In this document: positions 17,351 through 27,195 of the stretch, one piece after another
How the letters are laid out: every line of letters begins with the position of its first letter
How positions within the stretch are numbered: the first letter of the stretch is position 1
Position numbers and translations under genes: made by a program
NCBI RefSeq assembly: GCF_000017305.1
Contig: NC_009664.2
Span: 2,250,001-2,282,000 of the forward strand
DNA from: Kineococcus radiotolerans SRS30216 = ATCC BAA-149
Lineage (GTDB): Bacteria; Actinomycetota; Actinomycetes; Actinomycetales; Kineococcaceae
Length of the DNA stretch: 32,000 bases
Reading direction: 5' to 3'
Notes under the pieces: model-generated
What the model was told of the DNA's origin: nothing
Database searches by the model: none
Seen by the model: the letters and a program-made list of their open reading frames with translations, nothing else

Positions 17351-17929
17351 ATGGTCGTGCGCGTGGAGACGAAGATCGACTGGACGCCCAAGGCCCTCGA
17401 CGTGCTCGCCGCGGCGTCGGAGCTCTTCTACGCCCACGGCATCCACGCCGTCGGCGTCGAGGCGATCGCCGCGCGCGCCGGGGTCACCAAGAAGACCCTC
17501 TACGACCGCTTCGGCAGCAAGGAGCGCCTGGTCACGGAGTACCTCGCGGCCCGGGACCGGCGCTGGCGCGACCTGCTGACGACCCGCCTGGAGGAGGCCG
17601 GGCCCGATGCCCGGGACCGGCTGCGCGCCGTGTTCACCGCCACCGCCGAGTGGTCGCGGGTGGAGGGCCGCCGCGGGTGCGCGATGGTCAACGCCCACCC
17701 CGAGCTGGAGGAGTCCTCCCCCGCCCGCGCCGTCATCTCCGACGAGAAGCGCTGGCTGCTCGGCCTCTTCCACGACATCGCCGCCCGCTCCGGGGCCCCC
17801 GCGCCGCAGGACCTCGCCCCCGTCCTCCTGCTGATCCACGAGGGGGCGCTGGTCACCCACGGCCTCGGCGTCCTCGACGACGTCTTCCCCCGCGCCCTCG
17901 ACGCGGCGCTGGCCGTCCTCGACCGCTGA
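17351..17929 (+). CDS. TetR-family transcriptional regulator
   Basis: 192 aa. N-terminal HTH (AASELFYAHGIHAVGVEAIAARAGVTKKTLYDRFGSKERL). Confidence 0.9.
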   Translation: MVVRVETKIDWTPKALDVLAAASELFYAHGIHAVGVEAIAARAGVTKKTLYDRFGSKERLVTEYLAARDRRWRDLLTTRLEEAGPDARDRLRAVFTATAEWSRVEGRRGCAMVNAHPELEESSPARAVISDEKRWLLGLFHDIAARSGAPAPQDLAPVLLLIHEGALVTHGLGVLDDVFPRALDAALAVLDR

Positions 17930-18006
17930 ACCGGCCGGGCCCGGGACCGGCCTCCGTCCACCGGCGGCCGCCGGTCCGCGCGCCCGCGCCGCGCGACCCC
18001 CCTAGC

Positions 18007-18699
18007 GTGCAGCCCGTGCTCGACGTACCGACCCGCTCCGCCCCCCGCCCGCCCACCGCCGGCACCCGGGTGCCGGCCCTGGCCGGGACCGCGCAGCGCC
18101 TCGCCCTCGACCTGCTCGCCCACGACCCCGCCCGCCGCCGCCACAGCAGCGCGGTCGCCGCCCGCGCCGGCGAGGGGGCCGGCACCCTGGTGCCCGCCCT
18201 GCGCAGCGTCGTGGTGGCCGCCGCCTGGCTGCACGACGTCGGGTACGCCCCCGCGCTGCGCGTCACCGGCTTCCACCCCCTCGACGGCGCCCGCCACCTG
18301 CGCGCCCACGGCTGGCCCCACCCCGTCCCGACCCTGGTGGCCCACCACTCCGGGGCCCGGTTCGTGGCCCCCGCCCACGACCTCGCCGACGCCCTCGCCG
18401 AGTTCCCCCTCGACGGTCCCGAGGACGACGAGCGCCGCGACCGGGAGGACGGGGACGGCACCGGCGTCGTCCCGGGGTCGAGGCTGCGCGACGCCGCCGA
18501 CGTCCTCACCTGGGCCGACCAGACCACCGGCCCCCGGGGTGGACCCGTGACCCTGGACGAGCGGCTGGACGACATGCTGCGCCGCCACGGCCCCGACAGC
18601 CCCAACGCCCGCGTCCACCGGGAGCGGGCGGCGCACCTGCGGGCCGCCGTCGCCCGCGTCGAGGAACGCCGCCGCCGGCTCGCCGCGACCACCCCCTGA
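18007..18699 (+). CDS. HD-domain protein (metal-dependent phosphohydrolase fold)
   Basis: H…HD signature (RRHSSAV…AAWLHDVGY) and a later HH. GTG 18007 or in-frame GTG 18016. The upstream part of the 17650 ORF overlaps tetR and is rejected. Confidence 0.72.
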   Translation: MQPVLDVPTRSAPRPPTAGTRVPALAGTAQRLALDLLAHDPARRRHSSAVAARAGEGAGTLVPALRSVVVAAAWLHDVGYAPALRVTGFHPLDGARHLRAHGWPHPVPTLVAHHSGARFVAPAHDLADALAEFPLDGPEDDERRDREDGDGTGVVPGSRLRDAADVLTWADQTTGPRGGPVTLDERLDDMLRRHGPDSPNARVHRERAAHLRAAVARVEERRRRLAATTP

Positions 18700-18818
18700 C
18701 GCCCCTGGTGAACGTCCGGTGAACGACCGCGGCCACCCCTGGTCCCGGGGCGGGTCCCCGCCGATCGAGGTCCCGGAGCGCCGAACCGGTCGGCGCCGAC
18801 GGGAGGCGTGGTACCAGC

Positions 18819-20438
18819 ATGGGTCAGCAGGGGCGCACGACGGGATCGACCGGCTCGCGCAGCGGGTTCGGCCGGTGGCTGGCGAACCGCCGCGTGGGCA
18901 CCCGGCTGCTGGCCGCGACGGCGCTCGTCGCCGTGTCGGCGCTCGTCGTGGGGTTGTTCAGCCTCTCGGTGGTGCAGAACCTGCAGACGCAGCGCCAGGA
19001 GGAGGTCGGGCGCGCCGTCCCCTACATCACCGGGCTGCAGCAGGCCGCCCTGGCCGCGAAGTCGGCCGCCACCGACGAGCGCGGCTACTTCATCACCGGT
19101 GAGCAGGAGTACGCCGAGGAGAGCCTCGGGCGCCAGGAGGCCTTCGACGCCGCGATCGCCACGGCCCGGGACTCCGCGAGCACCGACGCCGAGCGCGCCG
19201 TGGTCGCCGGCGTCGAGGAGGACGTCCACGCCTGGTTCGAGGCGCTGCGCGCGGAGTACGCGCTGGCCGCCACCGACCGCGACGCGGCCGTCGCCGTGTC
19301 CTTCGGGGCCAACCGCGACGCCCGCAAGGCCTACGAGGGGGTCCTCGCCGAGGAGACCGAGCGCGCTGGCACGGCGCTCGCCGCCGGCCAGGACTTCGCT
19401 GCCACCGTCCGCCGGGGGCAGCTCGCCGTCCTGACGCTGCTGGTGGTCAGCCTCGCCGTCGCGGTCGGGGCCGCGCTCGTCGCCCGCCGCAGCATCGTCG
19501 CCCCGCTGCGCCGGGTCACCGACGTCCTCGCCCGGGTCTCCGACGGCGACCTCAGCGCGACCGTGGACCTCGACACCCGCGACGAGATCGGTTCCATGGC
19601 GCGGGCGCTGGACCACTCCACCGTGCGCTTCCGCACCGCCATGCAGCAGATCACCGGCAGCGCCGGCCGCCTGGCCGGGTACGCCGAGCAGCTCACCCGC
19701 GTCTCCACCCAGCTCTCCGACGGGGCGGAGCAGTCCGCCGACCAGTCGAAGGTCGTCTCCGCGGCCACCGAGGAGATCTCCGCCAACATCGGGACCGTCG
19801 CCGCCGCCGGGGACGAGATGTCCTCGGCGATCCGCGAGATCGCCTCCTCCACCGCCGAGGCCTCCTCGGTGGCCGCCGCCGCGGTCTCCTCCGCCGCCGA
19901 GGCGTCGGCGACGCTGGAGCGGCTGTCCGCCTCCTCCCGGGAGATCGGCGACGTCGTCAAGCTCATCACCTCCATCGCCGAGCAGACGAACCTGCTGGCG
20001 CTGAACGCCACCATCGAGGCGGCCCGAGCCGGGGAGATGGGCAAGGGCTTCGCCGTCGTCGCCGGTGAGGTGAAGGAGCTCGCGCAGCAGACCGCGCGGG
20101 CCACCGAGTCCATCACCAGCCGGGTGGGCACCACCCAGGCCGACGCGGTCGCCGCCGCGGCCGCCATCGCCGACATCGGCGAGGTCATCGCCCGCATCGA
20201 CGGGTTGCAGTCGACCATCGCCGCGGCGGTGGAGGAGCAGTCCGCGACGACGTCGGAGATGGTCCGCAACGTCACCGAGGTCTCCACCGGCTCGCAGGAG
20301 ATCGCCTCCAGCGTCTCGGGGATGGCCGCCTCCGCCGCCGACACCACGGTCAGCGCCACCGCCACCGCCCGGACCGCCGCCGAGGTCGACGACACGGCCC
20401 GCGAGCTGCAGGGGCTCGTCAGCGTCTTCCGCTACTGA
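18819..20438 (+). CDS. Methyl-accepting chemotaxis protein (4-helix-bundle sensor, TM, HAMP, MA domain)
   Basis: 539 aa. HAMP ([18 protein letters not shown]) and the conserved signalling hairpin ([37 protein letters not shown]). Confidence 0.92.
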   Translation: MGQQGRTTGSTGSRSGFGRWLANRRVGTRLLAATALVAVSALVVGLFSLSVVQNLQTQRQEEVGRAVPYITGLQQAALAAKSAATDERGYFITGEQEYAEESLGRQEAFDAAIATARDSASTDAERAVVAGVEEDVHAWFEALRAEYALAATDRDAAVAVSFGANRDARKAYEGVLAEETERAGTALAAGQDFAATVRRGQLAVLTLLVVSLAVAVGAALVARRSIVAPLRRVTDVLARVSDGDLSATVDLDTRDEIGSMARALDHSTVRFRTAMQQITGSAGRLAGYAEQLTRVSTQLSDGAEQSADQSKVVSAATEEISANIGTVAAAGDEMSSAIREIASSTAEASSVAAAAVSSAAEASATLERLSASSREIGDVVKLITSIAEQTNLLALNATIEAARAGEMGKGFAVVAGEVKELAQQTARATESITSRVGTTQADAVAAAAAIADIGEVIARIDGLQSTIAAAVEEQSATTSEMVRNVTEVSTGSQEIASSVSGMAASAADTTVSATATARTAAEVDDTARELQGLVSVFRY

Positions 20439-20463
20439 GGCCGCGCGGGTCGCCCCCGCGGCC
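20439..20463. terminator. GC-rich hairpin between convergent mcp and nuclease genes
   Basis: 7-bp stem ggccgcg/cgcggcc, one mismatch, 3 more bp, and a 3-nt loop. Begins 1 nt after the mcp stop. Confidence 0.4.
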
Positions 20464-20465
20464 CG

Positions 20466-21272
20466 TCACTCGCAGGCGAGGCCGTCGCCGTCGCCGTCCA
20501 GGGCGGTGCTGTAGCCCGGGTCGCCGGTGCGGACCGGTGCCGCGCCGGCGGCGCGGGCGGCGGCGCAGTCCGCGAACGCCGCCCCGGTGCTCGGTGTCGC
20601 GGTCGCGGTCGGGGCCGGTTCGTCGCAGTCGGCCAGGACCCGGGCCATCGCGTCCTTCTCGGCCCGGGTGACCCAGAGGCCGTACTCGGCCTTCACGCTG
20701 ATCTGGCGCCGGACGTAGGTGCAGCGGTAGGCGGTGTCCGGCGGCAGCCAGGTCGCGGCGTCACCGTCGCCCTTGGCCCCGTTGGTGGGCCCGTCGACGG
20801 CGAGCAGTTCCAGCGGGTCGTTGGCGAACTCGACGCGCTTCTCCTCGTCCCACGCCTGCGCGCCCTTCTGCCAGGCGTCGGAGAGGGCGACGACGTGGTC
20901 GATCTGCACGGCCCCGCTGGTGCCCTGCCCGCGCTCGAACCCGATGGTCGACCCGCTGTAGGGGTCGTGGAGGGTTCCGCTGCGCACGACGCAGTCCCCC
21001 GTCCCGGGCACGAACTCGACGTCGACGAGGTCGCGGGCCAGGACGTCGTTCCTCGTGTCGCAGCCGTTGCGGTCGGTGTCGACCCAGCCGGAGCCGAACT
21101 CCTCGCGGGAGTACCCCGTCTTCGGGGCCCGGCCCTTGACGGTCAGCGCCTCGAGGGCGGCGTCGTCGGACCGCGGTCCCTCGTCCGGGGTCGTGGTGCA
21201 GCCGGTGGTCCCGCCCGCGAGCAGGGCCAGCGCGAACCCGAGGGCGAGCGCGCGGGCGGTGCGCGGCCTCAC
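20466..21272 (-). CDS. Secreted (lipoprotein-like signal) DUF1524/HNH-type nuclease with C-terminal Excalibur domain
   Basis: 268 aa. Signal ALALGFALALLAGGTTGC. DUF1524-like core (TGYSREEFGSGWVDTDRNGCDTRNDVLARDL…QIDHVVALSDAW…NDPLELLAVDGPTNGAKGD…WLPP). C-terminal CAAARAAGAAPVRTGDPGYSTALDGDGDGLACE. Confidence 0.85.
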   Translation of the reverse strand: MRPRTARALALGFALALLAGGTTGCTTTPDEGPRSDDAALEALTVKGRAPKTGYSREEFGSGWVDTDRNGCDTRNDVLARDLVDVEFVPGTGDCVVRSGTLHDPYSGSTIGFERGQGTSGAVQIDHVVALSDAWQKGAQAWDEEKRVEFANDPLELLAVDGPTNGAKGDGDAATWLPPDTAYRCTYVRRQISVKAEYGLWVTRAEKDAMARVLADCDEPAPTATATPSTGAAFADCAAARAAGAAPVRTGDPGYSTALDGDGDGLACE

Positions 21273-21679
21273 GTGCGCCGGGGGGCCGGCGCCGGCAGGT
21301 GCCGCTGGCGCTCGGCGTAGGCGAGGACGTCCTCGAGGCGGACCCGGCGGTGGGTGCCGGGTTTGGTGAAGGGCAGCGCGCCGGACTCCAGCAGCCGCAC
21401 CAGCGTGGGGCGGCTGACGCCGAGGACCTCCGCGGCCTCCTGGGTGGTGAGCAGCGCCTCGTGCGGGGTCAGCGTCACCGCCTCGCCGTGGGAGAGGGCC
21501 AGGACGGTCTGGCGCAACGCGGCGGCGAGTTCGGCGGGCACGGCGACGGCGCGTCGGCCGACCTTGAGGACCAGGGGGCTGTCCGGTTGCGCGGCAAGCA
21601 TTCCGGCGAGGTCGTCCAGACCGTCCAGACCGGGGTGGACGGTGACCTCAGCGCCGTGACGGGCGACGGTCGATGACAC
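21269..21679 (-). CDS. Excisionase/MerR-superfamily HTH (HTH_17-type) DNA-binding protein, antitoxin-like
   Basis: 136 aa. Motif LLTTQEAAEVLGVSRPTLVRLLESGALPFTKPGTHRRVRLEDVLAYAERQR. Its stop overlaps the GTG start of the nuclease gene (GTGA, 21269-21272). The exact start (GTG 21679) is uncertain. Confidence 0.8.
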   Translation of the reverse strand: MSSTVARHGAEVTVHPGLDGLDDLAGMLAAQPDSPLVLKVGRRAVAVPAELAAALRQTVLALSHGEAVTLTPHEALLTTQEAAEVLGVSRPTLVRLLESGALPFTKPGTHRRVRLEDVLAYAERQRHLPAPAPRRT

Positions 21680-21774
21680 TCCCCCACGGTAACAGCCCGG
21701 TCTCGAATCGAACAGAACGAAAATCCGGGTTAGGGTGGGCGGACCGACCCGCCCCCGATCCGTGAGGACCGGCC

Positions 21775-24588
21775 GTGCTGATCCTGCTCACCGTCCACGC
21801 CGTCGCCGCCGTCCTCGCCGTGCCCCTGGTGCGGCGGCTGGACCGGCGCGCGTTCCCGCTGCTCGCCCTCGTCCCGGCCGCGACCACCGTCTGGGCCGCG
21901 GTCCAGGGCCCCGCCGTCCTCGCCGGGAACGGCCCCGAGCTCGTCGTGCCCTGGGTCCCCTCGCTGCAGGCCGAACTGGCGTTCCGCCTCGACCCGCTGT
22001 CGTGGGTGCTGACGCTGCTCGTCGGCGGGGTGGGCGCCCTCGTGCTGTTCTACTGCGGCAGCTACTTCCCCGCGCGGAACCCCGGGAGCGCGCGGTTCGC
22101 CGCCGTCCTCACCGCGTTCACCGGCGCCATGACCGGTCTCGTCCTCGCCGACGACCTCGTGCAGCTGTACGTGTTCTGGGAACTCACGACGGTCTTCTCC
22201 TACCTGCTCATCGGCTACGACTCGCACGAGAGGGCCGCCCGCCGCGCCGCCACCCAGGCCCTCGTCGTGACGACGCTGGGCGGGCTGGCGATGCTCGTCG
22301 GGCTGATCGTCCTGGGCCAGAGCGCGGGGACCTACCGGCTGTCGGCGCTGCTGGCGGAGTTCCCCACCGGGACCGCCGCGACCGTCGCCGTGGTGCTCGT
22401 CCTCGTCGGGGCCGTCTCGAAGTCGGCGCTGGTCCCCTTCCACTTCTGGCTGCCCGCCGCGATGGCCGCCCCCACCCCCGTCAGCGCCTACCTGCACGCC
22501 GCGGCCATGGTGAAGGCCGGCGTCTACCTCGTCGCCCGCTTCGCCCCCGCCGCCGCGGACCTGCCCGCCTGGCAGGTCACCGTGATCGGCCTGGGACTCA
22601 CGACCATGCTCGTCGGCGGGTACCGCTCGCTGCGCCAGCACGACGTGAAGCTGCTGCTGGCCTTCGGCACCGTCAGCCAGCTCGGGTTCCTGATCGTCCT
22701 CGTCGGCGCGGGCACCAAGGCGGCGACGGCCGCCGGGATCGCGCTGCTCGTCGCCCACGCCACCTTCAAGGCCGCGCTGTTCCTCGTCGTCGGGATCGTC
22801 GACCACCAGACCGGGACCCGCGACCTGCGGGAACTGTCCGGGCTGGGCCGGCGGATGCCGCTGCTCGCCGTCGTCGGGACCGTCGCCGCGGCCTCGATGG
22901 CCGGGGTGCCGGTCACCCTGGGGTTCGTCGCCAAGGAAGCCGCCTACGAGGCGTTCCTCCACGACCGCCCCTGGGTCCTCGTCGTCCTGGTGCTCGGGTC
23001 CGTCCTCACCGCCGCCTACTCGGCGCGGTTCGCGTGGGGGACGTTCGCCCGCAAACCCGGGGTCCCCGACTCCACCGCGCCGCGACCCTCCGCCGCGCTC
23101 ATCGCCGCGCCCCTCGTGCTGGCCGCCGCCACCCTGCTCCTCGGCCCGCTGGCCGGGCTGGTGGACCGCCCCGCCGTGCTCATCACCCACGGGGTCCCCG
23201 GGGAGGAGGCCGAGCACCTCGCGCTCTGGCACGGGTTCACCACCGTCCTGCTGCTGACCGCGGTGACCCTGGGCCTCGCGGGCGCCCTGTTCGCGGGGCG
23301 GTCCGCGGTCGAGCGCGTCCAGGCCCGCCTGCCGCACCCGCCCGCCGCCGACCAGGCCTACCGGCGCAGCGTGCGGGCCGTGGACCGGGTCGCCGTCGAG
23401 GTCACCGGCGCCACCCAGCGCGGTTCGCTGCCGATCTACCTCGCCTCCATCCTCCTCGTCGTCGTCCTCGTCCCCGGCGGGGCGCTGTTCCGCACCCGCC
23501 CCTGGCCCGACGACGTCGTGCTCGCCGACAGCGTCGGGCAGGTGCTCGTGGGGATCGTCGTGGTCACCGCCGCCGTCCTCACCGTCCGCGCCCGCCGCCG
23601 GCTGCGCGCGGTGATGCTCGCCGGGGTCACCGGCTACGGCGTGACGCTGCTGTTCGTCCTGCACGCCGGCCCCGACCTCGCGCTCACCCAGGCGCTGGCC
23701 GAGACGATCACCCTCGTCGTGTTCGTCCTCGCCCTGCGGCGGCTGCCCCCGTTCTTCTCCTCCCGCCCCCTCGTCGCGACCCGCTGGATCCGGATCGCGA
23801 TCGGGGTCGCCGTGGGGATCTGCACCTCCTGCGCCGCCCTCGCCGCCTCCGGCGCGCGGGTCGCGGTGCCGACGTCGCTGGACCTGCCCCGGTGGGCCTA
23901 CGAGTACGGCGGGGGGAAGAACGTCGTCAACGTCACCCTCGTCGACGCCCGCGCCTGGGACACCATGGGCGAGATCTCGGTGCTGCTCGTCGCCGCCACC
24001 GGGGTCGCCAGCCTGGTGTTCCGCCGCCGGATGGGGTCCATCGACCGGGCCCTCGCCGCGCACACCGACCCCGACGAGGCCCCGCCGCAGCGCAGCCGCG
24101 GCGCGAACTGGCTGCCCGCCAGCAGCACCGTCTCCCCCGAGCGCCGGTCCGTGGTGTTCGAGGTGGTGACCCGGCTGACGTTCCACGCCATCCTCGTGCT
24201 GTCGCTGTACCTGGTGTTCGCCGGGCACAACTCCCCCGGCGGCGGGTTCGCCGGCGGTCTCGTCGCCGGGCTCGCCCTGCTCGTGCGCTACCTCGCCGGC
24301 GGCCGCTACGAGTTCAACACGGCCGTGCCCGTCAACGCCGGCTGGCTGCTGGGCAGCGGCCTGTTCCTGTCCGCCGGCACCGGCCTGGTGGGGATCCTCA
24401 TCGGCCAGGACGTCCTGCAGACCGCGATCGTCGAGTTCGACGTCGTCGTCCTCGGCCACGTCAAGCTCGTCACGTCGGTGTTCTTCGACGTCGGGGTCTA
24501 CCTGCTGGTCGTCGGCCTCGTCGTCGACGTCATCCGCAGCCTGGGCGCCGAGATCGACCGCCAGATCGAGGAGGAGGTCTCCGCGTGA
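21775..24588 (+). CDS. mrpA: Na+(K+)/H+ antiporter Mrp/Mnh subunit A (fused MrpA-MrpB)
   Basis: 937-aa polytopic protein with an NuoL-like N-terminal part (WELTTVFSYLLIGY, KSALVPFHFWLP.AMAAPTPVSAYLH) plus an MrpB-like C-terminal part. No separate mrpB is present. Confidence 0.92.
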   Translation: MLILLTVHAVAAVLAVPLVRRLDRRAFPLLALVPAATTVWAAVQGPAVLAGNGPELVVPWVPSLQAELAFRLDPLSWVLTLLVGGVGALVLFYCGSYFPARNPGSARFAAVLTAFTGAMTGLVLADDLVQLYVFWELTTVFSYLLIGYDSHERAARRAATQALVVTTLGGLAMLVGLIVLGQSAGTYRLSALLAEFPTGTAATVAVVLVLVGAVSKSALVPFHFWLPAAMAAPTPVSAYLHAAAMVKAGVYLVARFAPAAADLPAWQVTVIGLGLTTMLVGGYRSLRQHDVKLLLAFGTVSQLGFLIVLVGAGTKAATAAGIALLVAHATFKAALFLVVGIVDHQTGTRDLRELSGLGRRMPLLAVVGTVAAASMAGVPVTLGFVAKEAAYEAFLHDRPWVLVVLVLGSVLTAAYSARFAWGTFARKPGVPDSTAPRPSAALIAAPLVLAAATLLLGPLAGLVDRPAVLITHGVPGEEAEHLALWHGFTTVLLLTAVTLGLAGALFAGRSAVERVQARLPHPPAADQAYRRSVRAVDRVAVEVTGATQRGSLPIYLASILLVVVLVPGGALFRTRPWPDDVVLADSVGQVLVGIVVVTAAVLTVRARRRLRAVMLAGVTGYGVTLLFVLHAGPDLALTQALAETITLVVFVLALRRLPPFFSSRPLVATRWIRIAIGVAVGICTSCAALAASGARVAVPTSLDLPRWAYEYGGGKNVVNVTLVDARAWDTMGEISVLLVAATGVASLVFRRRMGSIDRALAAHTDPDEAPPQRSRGANWLPASSTVSPERRSVVFEVVTRLTFHAILVLSLYLVFAGHNSPGGGFAGGLVAGLALLVRYLAGGRYEFNTAVPVNAGWLLGSGLFLSAGTGLVGILIGQDVLQTAIVEFDVVVLGHVKLVTSVFFDVGVYLLVVGLVVDVIRSLGAEIDRQIEEEVSA

Positions 24589-25022
24589 GTCCCAACCTGA
24601 CGCTCGTCGTCGTCTCCGGGGTGCTCGTCGCCTGCGGCGTCGCGCTGCTGCTGGAACGCACCCTGACCCGGGTGATCGTCGGGGTCGTGCTGCTCGGCAA
24701 CGGCATCAACGTGCTGTTCCTCGTCGCCAGCGGCCGGCCCGGGGTCGCCCCGTTCGTCAAGGGCGGCGCGACCGCGGAGACCATGAGCGACCCGCTGCCG
24801 CAGGCGATGGTGCTGACCGCCATCGTCATCACCCTCGGCATGGTCGCGTTCGTCCTCGCCCTGGCCTACCGCAGCTGGCAGGTGGACGGGCACGACGAGG
24901 TCCAGGACGACGTGGAGGACCGCCGCATCGTGCGGCGGGCCGAGCTCGACGAGACCTCCGCCAGCTACGACGACGACACGCGCGACACCAGCGTGGACGA
25001 GGGCGAGGGGGTTTCCCGGTGA
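24585..25022 (+). CDS. mrpC: Mrp/Mnh antiporter subunit C (NuoK-like) with acidic C-terminal tail
   Basis: 145 aa from GTG 24585 (GTGA overlap with mrpA). Three TM segments (LLLERTLTRVIVGVVLLGNGINVLFL… DPLPQAMVLTAIVI). Confidence 0.9.
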   Translation: MSPNLTLVVVSGVLVACGVALLLERTLTRVIVGVVLLGNGINVLFLVASGRPGVAPFVKGGATAETMSDPLPQAMVLTAIVITLGMVAFVLALAYRSWQVDGHDEVQDDVEDRRIVRRAELDETSASYDDDTRDTSVDEGEGVSR

Positions 25023-26596
25023 CCGAGTGGGCGCGGATCCTCATCCCCCTGCCCGTCGTCCTGCCGCTGTTCGCGGCCGGGCTGACCCTGGCCCTGGCGC
25101 GGCGCCCGCGGGCCCAGCGCACCATCAGCGTGAGCGCGCTGAGCGTCGTCGTCCTCGCCTCGGTGACGATGCTGGTGCTGACCGACCGCGGGAGCGGCAC
25201 GTACTCGATCGACGTCGGCGGCTGGCCGGCGCGGCTGGGGATCCCGCTGGTCGCGGACCGGCTGTCGACCCTCATGCTCGTCGTGAGCTCCGTCGTCACC
25301 CTCGCCGTCCTGCTGTACTCCCTCGCGCAGGGCGTCGCCGACGGCGAGGAGGGCACCCCCGTCTCGATCTACCACCCGACGTACCTGGTGCTCTCGGCCG
25401 GCGTCTCCAACGCGTTCCTCTCCGGGGACCTGTTCAACCTGTACGTGGGGTTCGAGATCCTGCTCGCCGCGAGCTACATCCTGCTGACCCTGGGCGGGAC
25501 GAAGGCCCGGGTCCGGGCGGGGACCACCTACGTGGTCGTGAGCCTGCTGTCCTCGATGGTGTTCCTCACCGCGATCGCCCTGGTCTACGCGGCCACCGGC
25601 ACGGTCAACATGGCCGAGCTGTCGCTTCGGCTGCAGGAGATCGACCCCGACGTCCGCCTCGTGCTGCACCTGCTGCTGCTCGTCGGGTTCGGCATCAAGG
25701 CGGCGGTGTTCCCGCTCTCGGCGTGGCTGCCGGACTCCTACCCCACCGCCCCCGCCCCGGTCACCGCGGTGTTCGCGGGGTTGCTGACCAAGGTCGGGGT
25801 GTACGCGATCATCCGCACCGAGACGCTGCTGTTCCCCGGCGGGGAGGCGAGCACGCTGCTGCTGTGGGTGTCGCTGGCGACGATGGTGGTGGGGATCCTC
25901 GGCGCCGTCGCGCAGAACGACGTCAAGCGACTGCTGTCCTTCACCCTCGTCAGCCACATCGGGTACATGGTGTTCGGGATCGCGCTGGGCACCGCGGCCG
26001 GGTTGTCCGGCGCGGTGTTCTACGTCGCCCACCACATCACCGTCCAGACCACCCTGTTCCTCGTGACCGGGCTGGTGGAGCGGCACTCCGGCAGCACGTC
26101 GCTGGACTCGCTGGGCTCGCTGGCGAAGCGGGCCCCGCTGCTGGCGGTGCTGTTCTTCGTGCCCGCGATGAACCTCGCCGGGATCCCCCCGTTCTCCGGT
26201 TTCCTCGGCAAGCTGGGGCTGCTCCAGGCCGGCGTCGACGTCGGGACCACCTCGGCGTACGTCCTCGTCGCCGGCGGGGTGCTGACGAGCCTGCTGACGC
26301 TCTACGCGATCGCGAAGGTGTGGAACCGGGCGTTCTGGCAGGAACCCCTCCTCGACCCCGAGGACGACCCCCGCGCCCACGGCGTGGGCGGTCTCGCCAC
26401 CGCCACCGAGGTCGGGGTCCGCACCCCGGCGGGCATGGTCGTGCCGACCGCGGCGCTCGTCGCCGTCGGGGTCGGGATCACGTTCGTCGCCGGACCGCTG
26501 TTCGGCGTGGCCGACCGCGCCGCGCGCGACCTGCTGGACCGCGCGCCCTACACGTCCACCGTCCTGCACGACCGGGTCCCGGAGGTCGGCCGGTGA
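25019..26596 (+). CDS. mrpD: Mrp/Mnh antiporter subunit D (NuoN/M-like)
   Basis: 525 aa. GTGA overlap at 25019-25022. Motifs FNLYVGFEILLAASYILL and AAVFPLSAWLPDSYPTAPAPVTAVFAGLLTKVG. Confidence 0.92.
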   Translation: MTEWARILIPLPVVLPLFAAGLTLALARRPRAQRTISVSALSVVVLASVTMLVLTDRGSGTYSIDVGGWPARLGIPLVADRLSTLMLVVSSVVTLAVLLYSLAQGVADGEEGTPVSIYHPTYLVLSAGVSNAFLSGDLFNLYVGFEILLAASYILLTLGGTKARVRAGTTYVVVSLLSSMVFLTAIALVYAATGTVNMAELSLRLQEIDPDVRLVLHLLLLVGFGIKAAVFPLSAWLPDSYPTAPAPVTAVFAGLLTKVGVYAIIRTETLLFPGGEASTLLLWVSLATMVVGILGAVAQNDVKRLLSFTLVSHIGYMVFGIALGTAAGLSGAVFYVAHHITVQTTLFLVTGLVERHSGSTSLDSLGSLAKRAPLLAVLFFVPAMNLAGIPPFSGFLGKLGLLQAGVDVGTTSAYVLVAGGVLTSLLTLYAIAKVWNRAFWQEPLLDPEDDPRAHGVGGLATATEVGVRTPAGMVVPTAALVAVGVGITFVAGPLFGVADRAARDLLDRAPYTSTVLHDRVPEVGR

Positions 26597-27195
26597 GCGC
26601 GAAGGTGCTGTCCCTGCGCGAGCGGATCAGCCTGCCCCTGCTGGTCTGGCTGGTCGTCCTGTGGCTGCTGCTGTGGGGCGACCTGTCGTGGGCCAACGTG
26701 ATCTCGGGGACCCTGCTGGGGCTGCTCGTGACGATCGTCCTGCCGCTGCCCCCGGTGCGCTTCGACGTGCGGGTCCGGCCGCTGCGGATCCTCGCCCTGC
26801 TCGCCCGGTTCGTCGTGGACCTGTTCGCGGCCAGCGCCCAGGTGGCGTGGCTCGCGGTGCGGCCCGGGCGGCAACCGCGGAACTCGGTGGTGGGGGTCCC
26901 CCTGCACAGCGGCTCGGACCTCTTCGTGTCCATGACCGCCCAGCTGGTGTCCCTGGTGCCGGGGTCGGTGATCGTCGAGATCGGGGCCCCCTCGGCCCAC
27001 GAGGGGCAGGGCTCGATCTACGTCCACGCCCTGGGCGTCGACACCGCCGAGGGCCGGGAACGGATCCGCCGCCAGACGCTGCTGACCGAACGGCGCGTCA
27101 TGCGGACCTTCGCGGCCCCGCGCGTCTACGCCGAGTACCTGGAACGCTGCCGGGCCGACGGCTCGGACAGCCTGTGCGGAGGGGAGTCCCGGTGA
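26593..27195 (+). CDS. mrpE: Mrp/Mnh antiporter subunit E
   Basis: 200 aa. GTGA overlap at 26593-26596. Position in the operon and the LVWLVVLWLLLWGDLSWANVISG N-terminus are typical of MrpE. Confidence 0.82.
   Translation: MSAKVLSLRERISLPLLVWLVVLWLLLWGDLSWANVISGTLLGLLVTIVLPLPPVRFDVRVRPLRILALLARFVVDLFAASAQVAWLAVRPGRQPRNSVVGVPLHSGSDLFVSMTAQLVSLVPGSVIVEIGAPSAHEGQGSIYVHALGVDTAEGRERIRRQTLLTERRVMRTFAAPRVYAEYLERCRADGSDSLCGGESR

Noticed and set aside
21700-21736. tcgaatcgaac (tRNA T-arm-like string) and a TAGGGT -10-like hexamer (21731-21736) upstream of mrpA
   Set aside because: No cloverleaf can be built around the T-arm-like string. The -10-like hexamer fits TAnnnT, but the best -35 candidate (tcgaac) matches only 3 of 6 positions, so I do not report a promoter.
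21730-25356. 909-aa minus ORF and 1095-aa plus ORF overlapping mrpA and mrpC, and similar ORFs over mrpD-G (24965-26569, 25027-27195 upstream part, 27098-27793)
   Set aside because: They are off-frame or antisense artefacts. The 3' ends of two of them were kept only where they coincide with mrpC and mrpE.
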